NCBI RefSeq assembly: GCF_000146505.1
Contig: NC_017448.1
Coordinates: 300,001 to 332,000, forward strand
From: Fibrobacter succinogenes subsp. succinogenes S85
Lineage (GTDB): Bacteria > Fibrobacterota > Fibrobacteria > Fibrobacterales > Fibrobacteraceae
DNA length: 32,000 bases
Reading direction: 5' to 3'
The notes below the pieces were generated by a model, which was not told the DNA's origin, did not search any database, and saw nothing but the letters and a program-made list of their open reading frames with translations. Each line of letters opens with the position of its first letter. The first letter of the stretch is position 1. Below, piece by piece: positions 25,396-32,000 of this stretch. A program made the position numbers and the translations under genes.

Positions 25396-26313
25396 CTACA
25401 CATTCTGCGCTTGATAAGGAGCGACTGTTTCAAACAAGTTCAACTGACCGCGAGAAAACCCGCGAAGGAAAAGAGACCACTTGCTCTGGTACCATTCGAT
25501 AACCTGAGTCGTAAGCCCCTGAGCGTAATCACAAAAATCATCCGTAAACGCAAGGAAGCAGTTTTCGTATGCGTAATGCGGGTTCCAGTAGCGCCCCACA
25601 TTGCGGGCGCAAGACATTGCGGACGAATAGTAACGGACTGGACCTTTAGAGGCGAACGCCGCCGCAAAACGTTTTTTTGCAAGCGAGTTCAAGGACGTAC
25701 GGAGCGAAACCACCATAGCGTTTTCTTTTTCGCGCAGCGAGGCTTCGAGGCATGGCAAAAGCTTCGACACCGGGTCTACCGCACTTTCAGAAAGCCAGTA
25801 CTTGCAGAGCTTTTCTTGCAACTGCATCACACGGCCATGCATACGCACAAACAACGGTTCGGCATCGCTTACGAGCAAGTGGATCGTTGCCGAATAAAAG
25901 TTGTTGATGTCCTGCTTGTTGTTTTTTACGGTGAGTGCCCAACCCTTTTCTTCGTCATGGACCAAGAAATCACCGCCTTCAAGCAAGAGCCGCAAGACTT
26001 CATCGGTCGAAAAACGCTGGATCCACTTCGCACGGAACTCGCTATAAAGTTTTTCGCAATCCTTGAAAATCTGCGGGAAGCCCGATTCGCAAAGTTTCCA
26101 GGCAGACTCGCTATACGAGATGAGCTCGGAACTGCCGACGTTTGCATCCGGATTGTTGAGCATGGCGTCGAGATGTTCAAAGAGCGCAATCGACCACGTG
26201 ACCATCATGGACTGAGAAAGCGTCGCGACAATAGCCGAGCGATTCGGACGCACGGCCAAGCGTACGCTTGCCCCTGTCATCTTACGTATGGCTCTACGGA
26301 AAGCTTCTTCCAC
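25396..26313 (-). CDS. Hypothetical cytoplasmic protein
   Basis: 305 aa. GTG 26313 has AGAGG 5 nt upstream (alternative ATG at 26280). Ordinary amino-acid composition, in contrast to the R/H/F-rich antisense ORF on the plus strand. No motif recognised. Confidence 0.6.
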   Translation of the reverse strand: MEEAFRRAIRKMTGASVRLAVRPNRSAIVATLSQSMMVTWSIALFEHLDAMLNNPDANVGSSELISYSESAWKLCESGFPQIFKDCEKLYSEFRAKWIQRFSTDEVLRLLLEGGDFLVHDEEKGWALTVKNNKQDINNFYSATIHLLVSDAEPLFVRMHGRVMQLQEKLCKYWLSESAVDPVSKLLPCLEASLREKENAMVVSLRTSLNSLAKKRFAAAFASKGPVRYYSSAMSCARNVGRYWNPHYAYENCFLAFTDDFCDYAQGLTTQVIEWYQSKWSLFLRGFSRGQLNLFETVAPYQAQNV

Positions 26314-26322
26314 GACTACCTC

Positions 26323-27039
26323 TTAGAAACGCGCTTCAATGTTGTGCCACACGTTGCGGCGGACGCGCTTTTTACTCGTCTTCAAATCAGCGGCTTCACT
26401 GCGGATATCGGATTCCTGGTTATTGCGAATCAAGTCCGTATCGCCATCAAGCTTGCCTGCGGTTTCGAGATAAAGTCCATAGACGTTTTCGGAGATGCTT
26501 GTGCCGTTCGAAACGACACGACCAGCCCTCACAGACAAGGCATAACGGTTGTGAGCAAACGTACAACGAGCAAGCGTCACATTGGGGCTTTCATCAACCC
26601 AAAGGCCATAATAGTTATTGAAGAAATTGACGTTTTCAAGAGTACCGCTAGAACGGAAAATCGTATTGCGGAACGCATTCTCGACGGTCAAGTTCTTTAT
26701 TTCAAACGGTTGTGCGCTAGACATGATGTGGAAACCATTCCAGTTTGCCACAGAATCGGCTCCGCTAAAGACAACGGGTTTATCGTTTGTACCCGCAATT
26801 TTTACCGAGCCCTGGATCATGAGTTTTGCAAACTCGCCCATCAAAACGGTCACGCCCGGTTCAATGACGAGCGTATCCGTAGCGCCGACAACCACGCTCT
26901 GTTCGAGCACGTAAGGGCTATCCTTTTCTTGCAAAAAGACCTTGTTGTTTTCGGCCACCGGGAACGGCATTCCAGAAGCGACAGCCACGCTAGCAACAGT
27001 CGCCACAGCAACGAGAGAGGAACAGATTAAATTTTTCAT
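26323..27039 (-). CDS. Secreted right-handed parallel beta-helix (PbH1) repeat protein
   Basis: Signal peptide MKNLICSSLVAVATVASVAVASG. PbH1-like repeats NLTVENAFRNTIF / LENVNFFNNYYGLWV / VTLARCTFAHNRYALSV / TSISENVYGLYLE. ATGA overlap with the upstream gene. Confidence 0.7.
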   Translation of the reverse strand: MKNLICSSLVAVATVASVAVASGMPFPVAENNKVFLQEKDSPYVLEQSVVVGATDTLVIEPGVTVLMGEFAKLMIQGSVKIAGTNDKPVVFSGADSVANWNGFHIMSSAQPFEIKNLTVENAFRNTIFRSSGTLENVNFFNNYYGLWVDESPNVTLARCTFAHNRYALSVRAGRVVSNGTSISENVYGLYLETAGKLDGDTDLIRNNQESDIRSEAADLKTSKKRVRRNVWHNIEARF

Positions 27040-27875
27040 TGAACGTTCCTCAAGGTGATTTTCTGATTGACGTTCATGCTCGGAAGCGTATCGCCTGCGA
27101 CAAGGTCGCGAACATCTATAACAGCCACGAGATTCATTTCAGCAGATGATATAATTCCATGAGTGACATCAAAGAGAACCATGCCATCGCCCACGACATA
27201 GTCGCTACTCTTCAGCTGTAAATTCGAAGTTGTATCCGGGAGTTCAAGGTATTTCACGCCCATGTGTATTTTAGCCATGCGCACGCCATCCTGGAGGAAA
27301 ACGTCTTGCAGCGTGAATGTCTTATAAACGGTCGTGGAACTATTGCCCTTGCCGAAAATCGGCATCTGGCGTTCCCAGGATTCGCCAAGTTTGACCGACT
27401 TTTCGGGGAGAAGCGGCTGGGCCTTGAGGAAAAGCGGAATGAGGTTCAGATCATCTTCGGAAGGCATTTCGACCGCATTTTCGATAGTCGGGTCCGTGAT
27501 GATGCCATCGTGATCAAGCTTGAACTGGAAATTCTGAATGGATAAATACTTTTCAATGTTGCGGAATTCATCAACGGAGCGCTTGTCGCTTGTGTAATCG
27601 ACGGAATCGATTTTCATTTCAAAGCGGCCCGAGCCATCGTCATATGACATGAGAAGGCTCATCGTGCTGCGTACATTCACGTGGGTACGCATGGATTCGG
27701 GTTCGTTGATGGAATCGCCGGGGATGCTTGCATTCAGCGTTGATTCAAGAACGAACGTCTGCGGAGAAACGGTCTTCGTGTTAAAAGAAAGATGGATTTC
27801 GTTCCGTTCACAGGAACAAAGTGTCAATAACGCAATAGAGAGCGCCGAGAAAGCGCTAAACTTGGTAAAATTCAT
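27036..27875 (-). CDS. Lipoprotein, beta-rich, unknown function
   Basis: 279 aa. Signal/lipobox SALSIALLTLCSC. No family recognised. Confidence 0.65.
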   Translation of the reverse strand: MNFTKFSAFSALSIALLTLCSCERNEIHLSFNTKTVSPQTFVLESTLNASIPGDSINEPESMRTHVNVRSTMSLLMSYDDGSGRFEMKIDSVDYTSDKRSVDEFRNIEKYLSIQNFQFKLDHDGIITDPTIENAVEMPSEDDLNLIPLFLKAQPLLPEKSVKLGESWERQMPIFGKGNSSTTVYKTFTLQDVFLQDGVRMAKIHMGVKYLELPDTTSNLQLKSSDYVVGDGMVLFDVTHGIISSAEMNLVAVIDVRDLVAGDTLPSMNVNQKITLRNVQ

Positions 27876-27898
27876 GTAATAAATTTAAGTAAAAAATA

Positions 27899-28531
27899 TT
27901 ACGGAGTTTGCGGTTTCGCGCCAGTATCCCCTTTTTCAAGGCGCATCTGCTGGAAAAAGCCTTTCAGAAGGCCAAGGCATTCGTCTGCGAGAATACCTCC
28001 CGTGACTTCAACGGCGCGCTTGAGGGCGTTGCCGGTAATGACGTCGATGGTGGTGCCACAGCCGCCAAAACGGGAATCCGGAGAACCGTAAACAATGCGG
28101 GAAACACGGCTGTTGAGGATGGCTCCAGCGCACATGGGGCATGGTTCAAGCGTCACATAAAGCGTGCAGCCGTCCAAGCGCCAGTTGTCGAGCGTGCTTG
28201 CGGCAGTACCAATCGCGATGATTTCGGCATGAGCCGTCGCGTCCTTGAGCTGTTCGACCTGATTGTAGCCCTTCCCTATCACGACTCCGTCTTTCACAAT
28301 CACGCAACCGATGGGGATTTCCTTCATGTCAAAAGCAATCTGCGCCTGGCGAAGCGCCATACGCATGAATTTTTCGTCTTCCGACGAAAAATTAGACGAA
28401 AGACGAGAGACGAAAGACGAAAGAGATACGGGGTCGTTCGTAAACTCGCTCTGAGGTCGCGTTGCTTTGAGGTCGTTCGCTTCGCTCACTTTGAGGTCTG
28501 AGGATTCTTCTTTGATTTTTACGTTATTCAT
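27899..28531 (-). CDS. tadA: tRNA-specific adenosine deaminase
   Basis: Zinc motifs HAEIIAIG and PCPMCAGAI. The conserved core begins near MRMALRQAQ (M56/M58, nt 28366/28360). The 55-aa N-terminal extension is encoded by repeat DNA, so the true start is uncertain. Confidence 0.9.
   Translation of the reverse strand: MNNVKIKEESSDLKVSEANDLKATRPQSEFTNDPVSLSSFVSRLSSNFSSEDEKFMRMALRQAQIAFDMKEIPIGCVIVKDGVVIGKGYNQVEQLKDATAHAEIIAIGTAASTLDNWRLDGCTLYVTLEPCPMCAGAILNSRVSRIVYGSPDSRFGGCGTTIDVITGNALKRAVEVTGGILADECLGLLKGFFQQMRLEKGDTGAKPQTP
28394..28426. repeat. Tandem heptanucleotide repeat (AGACGAA) x ~4.7
   Basis: agacgaa agacgag agacgaa agacgaa agaga read directly from the sequence. Lies in the 5' extension of tadA. 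Confidence 0.7.
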
Positions 28532-28539
28532 ACTACAAC

Positions 28540-28842
28540 CTATTCCTTTTTATTGCCGCTTTTACGACGATAAAGCATATACTCAACATAACCTCGAGGA
28601 AACATAAAGACAAGCCAAAGCCCCAATGATATATAGATTCTTCCCAAAACACCACAAGAATTTCTAAAAATATAAAAAACACAACCCAAAATTATCGGCA
28701 ATGCAACCAAACGAATTTTCCATATTTTCGGTTCATTGTATGGATGTTCATTGCATCCCATCAAAATTGGAATTACCAGCCCCGCTACAAAAAAGCAAAC
28801 AAAAAAAATTTCATCAAAATGTAATGTTATAAAATCAATCAT
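28540..28842 (-). CDS. Small integral membrane protein (about 3 TM)
   Basis: 100 aa, three hydrophobic segments and a basic C-terminus. AT-rich gene (about 28-37% GC counted on individual 60-nt lines). Confidence 0.5.
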   Translation of the reverse strand: MIDFITLHFDEIFFVCFFVAGLVIPILMGCNEHPYNEPKIWKIRLVALPIILGCVFYIFRNSCGVLGRIYISLGLWLVFMFPRGYVEYMLYRRKSGNKKE

Positions 28843-28852
28843 ATTTACATCA

Positions 28853-29383
28853 CTACCAATTAGACTTATTTGAATTGCTTATTTCTTCAAGATTTTTCAA
28901 TTTTTGCTCGTATTCGGCTTCCTGTTTCGAGGTATCTTTTCCTTCGCGTTTTTCACGCCCCACTTTCATGGCCATGTCGAAAAGATCGTCAATATTTTCT
29001 TCGACTTCACTGTGATAATTCGTGTTATCCCAAATGTTAGTGTCACGACGAAAAAAAGCGGGATCAATCATAAAGAATGGGAGCAAAATGAACCAAGCGA
29101 AAAAAGTAAGCCCAAGCCACGTGAATACGACATCTAAAGTAAACTCATGATACGCTTTTTCGCCACAAAATAACAAGCAAAAGAAAGCTAGGCAAATGGC
29201 AGGCAACATAAGCACATAGACCTTCCACTTGAGATTTTCCCTTTCGGAAAATTTCTTTTTAGAAAGCCATACAGGGACTCCAGTTATTATTAGCATAAAT
29301 AACAAACAGGGCCATATACTCCCCAACACCTCTAATGGAGAGTCAATCAACTCCTGCAAAAATTTTATTCGGCGTTCCCACAT
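28853..29383 (-). CDS. Membrane protein (about 3 TM) with a charged C-terminal tail
   Basis: 176 aa. The ATG overlaps the stop of the radical SAM gene (TAATG). AT-rich. Confidence 0.55.
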   Translation of the reverse strand: MWERRIKFLQELIDSPLEVLGSIWPCLLFMLIITGVPVWLSKKKFSERENLKWKVYVLMLPAICLAFFCLLFCGEKAYHEFTLDVVFTWLGLTFFAWFILLPFFMIDPAFFRRDTNIWDNTNYHSEVEENIDDLFDMAMKVGREKREGKDTSKQEAEYEQKLKNLEEISNSNKSNW

Positions 29384-30375
29384 TACTTAAGTCCGCGACC
29401 GTATGCACAGTAAGAATCCTCTTGCATAAAGTCACCATCGTGGTAGTATGCTGCACGGGCACGGCAACCGCCACAGCGGTCATTGAACTTGCACTTGGAA
29501 CAAGCGCCCTTGTAAGCCTTTGTACGCAACTGCTTGAAGATTTCGGCATTCGCCCAGATTTCGTCGAACGGAGTGTCGTGAACATCGCCCGCTTCTTCCA
29601 TCATGTAGGCGCAAGGGCGAACCTTGCCGATAGGGCTTACGATGCAGTAGTCGAGGCCAGCGAGGCAACCGCGGCTGTAACGTGTCTTGATATCGAGCTG
29701 GTCTGCAATGCGGAGGAACTGCGGAGCGCATGTGGGCTTCACTGGAATTCCGAGCGTGCGGCTCTTTTCCATAATTTTGCGGAGGAGTCCTTCGTATTCG
29801 GCAACACGGAGCGCATGTCCTTCGATTTCCTTGCCGCGACCCACCGGAATCAAAAAGAAAATCTGATGGTTCACGGCACCGATTTCCTTGACCCAGTCCA
29901 TGATGTCAAAAATTTCGTTCTGGTTCCAGTCCATAATAGTCGTATGAATCTGGAACGGGAGGCCAGCCGCCTTGCAGTTTTCGATGCCCATCAATGTGAG
30001 TTCAAACGCATTCGGGAGACCGCGGAAATCATTATGACGAGCAGGGTCAATGCTATCAACGCTGATGCCCATCGCCATGGCCCCCGCTTCCTTGAGCATG
30101 AACGCCAAATCATGCGTAATAAGCGTTCCGTTCGTGCCAAACACCGGGCGGAGTCCACGTTCGCGGGCATGGGCCACAAGTTCCACGATATCCGGGCGCG
30201 TCATCGGTTCGCCACCGCTGAAAATCATGATCTTGAATCCGGCCTTGGCAATCTCGTCGATGAGCTTGAGCGCTTCGTCAGTCGTAAGTTCTGCCGACTT
30301 GTTTTCGCCAGCATCCTGGTAGCAGTGTTTGCACGTCAAGTTACACTTATTCGTTGTCATCCAAGAGACGATCAT
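29383..30375 (-). CDS. Radical SAM/SPASM-domain protein, AhbC/AhbD/NirJ-like
   Basis: CNLTCKHC (CX3CX2C), FSGGEPM, GTNGTLIT, IFFLIPVGRG, and a C-terminal Cys cluster CSKCKFNDRCGGCRARA. ATG 30375 has GAGG 8 nt upstream. The track ORF starts at TTG 30393. Confidence 0.8.
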   Translation of the reverse strand: MIVSWMTTNKCNLTCKHCYQDAGENKSAELTTDEALKLIDEIAKAGFKIMIFSGGEPMTRPDIVELVAHARERGLRPVFGTNGTLITHDLAFMLKEAGAMAMGISVDSIDPARHNDFRGLPNAFELTLMGIENCKAAGLPFQIHTTIMDWNQNEIFDIMDWVKEIGAVNHQIFFLIPVGRGKEIEGHALRVAEYEGLLRKIMEKSRTLGIPVKPTCAPQFLRIADQLDIKTRYSRGCLAGLDYCIVSPIGKVRPCAYMMEEAGDVHDTPFDEIWANAEIFKQLRTKAYKGACSKCKFNDRCGGCRARAAYYHDGDFMQEDSYCAYGRGLK

Positions 30376-30492
30376 GCCATAGACCTCATTCAAAATGTTT
30401 TTTACGCTTGCAAATATAGAAAAAGCAAATATATCCTATTATACCCCTATATAATTACCGTTACTATCGCAAAAAAGCTATTTTAATTTCAT
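30376..30492. promoter_or_regulatory. Divergent promoter region (radical SAM-led minus array / fabF)
   Basis: 117-nt AT-rich gap between divergent genes. Contains GCAAATATA twice and the 12-mer AATATAGAAAAA (30413-30424). Confidence 0.3.
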
Positions 30493-31746
30493 ATGATGAA
30501 TAGAAGAAGAGTTGTTATTACTGGTATGGGTGCGGTGACCCCCGTAGGCAAGTCCGCCCCCGAACTTTGGAACGCCATTAAGGCAGGCAAGTGTGGCATC
30601 GGCCCGATCACTTTGTTCGATGCTACGAACTGCCCAGTGAAAATTGCGGCAGAAGTCAAGGATTTTAAGCCCGAAGAACACGGAATCGACCCGAAGGAAG
30701 CCCGCCGCATGGCCCGCTTCACGCAGTTCCTCGTCGCCGCCGCTAACGAAGCGGTCAAGGACGCAAGCTTAACGAAGGAAGAAATCGCCGCCGACACGAC
30801 TGGTATTGTCGCTGGTAACGGCCTTGCTGGTATGGACGTTGTTGAAGAAACTTACAGCAAGTACCTCGAAGGTGGCCGCCGCCGCGTCTCGCCACTCGCC
30901 ATGCCCGAACTGATTGCAAACGAAGCATGCGCCAACGTATCCATCGCTCTTGGCATCACAGGCTCTGCCTGGACAGTCTGCACCGCCTGTGCCTCCGGCA
31001 CAGACGCCATCGGCGTTGCCCTTGACGCCGTCCGCTCGGGCAGGCTTGACGTCTGCCTCGCCGGCGGTTCTGAAAGTGCTATCACGGACTACTCCATCAA
31101 GAGCTTCGCGGGCATGCATGCCCTCACCGACAAGTTCAACGACGCCCCCGAAAAGGCTTCCCGCCCGTTCGACAAGGACCGCAGCGGTTTTGTCATGGGT
31201 GAAGCAGGAGCCATTCTCGTGCTCGAAGAACTCGAACACGCCAAGGCCCGCGGTGCAAAAATTTACGCCGAAGTCGCCGGTTACGGTTCTTCTGCCGATG
31301 CTTACCACATTACAAGCCCGCGCCCGGGTGGAGAAACCTGCGCGAAGGCTATGGTCAAGGCATTGAAAGATGCGGGCATCGCCCCGACGGATGTAGACTA
31401 CTACAATGCCCACGGCACCTCGACGCACCTGAACGACCTCACCGAAACACAGATGCTTAAAATAGCACTCGGCGAACATGCCTATAAAATCAAGGTCTCT
31501 AGCACCAAGAGCATGACCGGCCACTGCGTCGGTGCAGCAGGCGTTATCGAAGCGATGATTAGCACGCTCGCCATCCGTGATTCGTTCTACCCCGCCACCA
31601 TCAACCTCGACAACCCGGACGCAGAATGCGACCTCGACTACGTGCCGCACAAGGGCGTTGAAGGGAACATCGATGTTGCAGTATCTGCATCGCTTGGCTT
31701 TGGCGGTCACAACGGCATCGTCGTCATCAAAAAGTTTAAAGATTAA
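30493..31746 (+). CDS. fabF: Beta-ketoacyl-ACP synthase II
   Basis: 417 aa. RRVVITGMGAVTPVG, active-site Cys in CTACASGTDA, His residues in HGTSTHLND and TGHCVGAAG, and SLGFGGHNG. Confidence 0.95.
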   Translation: MMNRRRVVITGMGAVTPVGKSAPELWNAIKAGKCGIGPITLFDATNCPVKIAAEVKDFKPEEHGIDPKEARRMARFTQFLVAAANEAVKDASLTKEEIAADTTGIVAGNGLAGMDVVEETYSKYLEGGRRRVSPLAMPELIANEACANVSIALGITGSAWTVCTACASGTDAIGVALDAVRSGRLDVCLAGGSESAITDYSIKSFAGMHALTDKFNDAPEKASRPFDKDRSGFVMGEAGAILVLEELEHAKARGAKIYAEVAGYGSSADAYHITSPRPGGETCAKAMVKALKDAGIAPTDVDYYNAHGTSTHLNDLTETQMLKIALGEHAYKIKVSSTKSMTGHCVGAAGVIEAMISTLAIRDSFYPATINLDNPDAECDLDYVPHKGVEGNIDVAVSASLGFGGHNGIVVIKKFKD

Positions 31747-31760
31747 ACAAAGGAGCCGCT

Positions 31761-31892
31761 ATGTCTGATTGGCTTTTCAAATCCTGGGTTAAAGCAACCA
31801 TCTGCAGCGCAGTATTGTTCTTTTTCTACCACCTCTTCATTTCGCAGAAGTTGGAAGAAGAAGTTTCCACAAAATCTAAAGAACAAGAGTAG
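31761..31892 (+). CDS. 43-codon single-TM micro-protein (putative)
   Basis: AGGAG lies 5 nt upstream of ATG 31761. Translation is MSDWLFKSWVKATICSAVLFFFYHLFISQKLEEEVSTKSKEQE*. Below the ORF-track size cut-off. Confidence 0.4.
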   Translation: MSDWLFKSWVKATICSAVLFFFYHLFISQKLEEEVSTKSKEQE

Positions 31893-31895
31893 CTT

Positions 31896-32000
31896 ATGGA
31901 ACAGAATAAAGATATCGCCGACATCCAAGCGGCCGAAGCGACCTTCCAAAAGAAGAAGAAGTTCATCCTTTGCTACCACAGCTTTAGCGTGAACAACTTC
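31896..32000 (+). CDS. 5' end of an unidentified CDS running off the right edge (partial)
   Basis: The ATG at 31896 lies 3 nt after the previous stop. The frame is open for 35 codons to the window end (MEQNKDIADIQAAEATFQKKKKFILCYHSFSVNNF...). Confidence 0.3.
   Translation, partial: MEQNKDIADIQAAEATFQKKKKFILCYHSFSVNNF

Noticed and set aside
24283-25502. 210-aa and 245-aa plus-strand ORFs, and a 197-aa minus-strand alternative-frame ORF (23750-24343)
   Set aside because: All overlap the MotA-like gene. Only the 632-aa frame gives TM helices, the channel signature and a regular hendecad repeat. The others are low-complexity by-products of the repetitive DNA.
22172-26313. Assignment as canonical Zorya type I, II or III
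   Set aside because: No ORF is of ZorC/ZorD size, and I saw no helicase, HNH or other nuclease motif. The neighbours are small unassignable proteins. Only the ZorAB-like architecture is shared, so it is reported as a Zorya-like or novel system rather than Zorya.
25372-27030. 552-aa plus-strand ORF, the longest unannotated ORF in the window
   Set aside because: It runs antisense across two minus-strand genes and their junction. Its composition is R/H/F/C-rich with no motifs, typical of a shadow frame. The minus-strand genes have a signal peptide with PbH1 repeats, an AGAGG RBS and tight operon spacing.
27908-28501. 197-aa plus-strand ORF
   Set aside because: It is antisense to tadA, which has the HAE and PCxxC zinc motifs. 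Its basic repeat RRKIRRKTRDERRKR merely reflects the heptamer DNA repeat.
29335-30486. 383-aa plus-strand ORF
   Set aside because: It is antisense to the radical SAM/SPASM gene, which has CX3CX2C and SPASM Cys clusters. It spans the promoter region and has no RBS or motif.
30769-31710. 313-aa minus-strand ORF
   Set aside because: It is antisense to fabF, which has the full Cys-His-His KS signature. Shadow-ORF composition (G/R/V/A-rich).
1-32000. Search for CRISPR arrays, tRNA/rRNA genes, IS elements, integrases, or prophage or toxin-antitoxin modules
   Set aside because: No spaced direct-repeat arrays were seen. All intergenic regions are 134 nt or shorter and lack cloverleaf-like structure. 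No transposase- or integrase-like ORFs or inverted terminal repeats were noticed.

Overview
This is a gene-dense bacterial chromosome segment with about 38 CDS. I found no tRNA, rRNA, CRISPR array, transposase or integrase. A lipoprotein with two copies of the 'Fibrobacter succinogenes major paralogous domain' suggests a Fibrobacter-like (FCB group) host; that is an inference. The window falls into five blocks. (1) 1-1598 holds housekeeping genes: a partial CDS, a TIGR01212-type radical SAM gene and apt. (2) 1595-17552 is a complete aryl-polyene (APE)/flexirubin-like type II PKS cluster. It has 2 KS, a CLF-like protein, KR, 2 DH, 2 ACP, an adenylating enzyme, a thioesterase, a methyltransferase, a GT2, 2 acyltransferases, a LolA-like carrier and an MMPL exporter. 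It also carries an aromatic amino-acid ammonia-lyase and a three-domain membrane/adenylation/dehydratase fusion. (3) 17687-20745 holds an OMP, a lipoprotein and argH. (4) 20820-30375 is an uninterrupted minus-strand array of 11 genes with gaps of 38 nt or less. It contains my best candidate for an undescribed system. That candidate is a MotA/MotB-like stator pair whose MotA-like subunit carries a ~440-residue cytoplasmic tail built from 11-residue repeats (ZorA-like architecture). The pair is flanked by two cytoplasmic proteins with no recognisable motifs and preceded by a lipoprotein and a secreted beta-helix protein. The same array holds tadA (with a repeat-rich 5' extension), two AT-rich small membrane-protein genes and an AhbD/NirJ-like radical SAM/SPASM gene. 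(5) 30493-32000 holds fabF, a 43-codon membrane micro-ORF and a partial CDS. Many long antisense shadow ORFs are present and were rejected. All family calls rest on motif recognition by eye, because no searches could be run.
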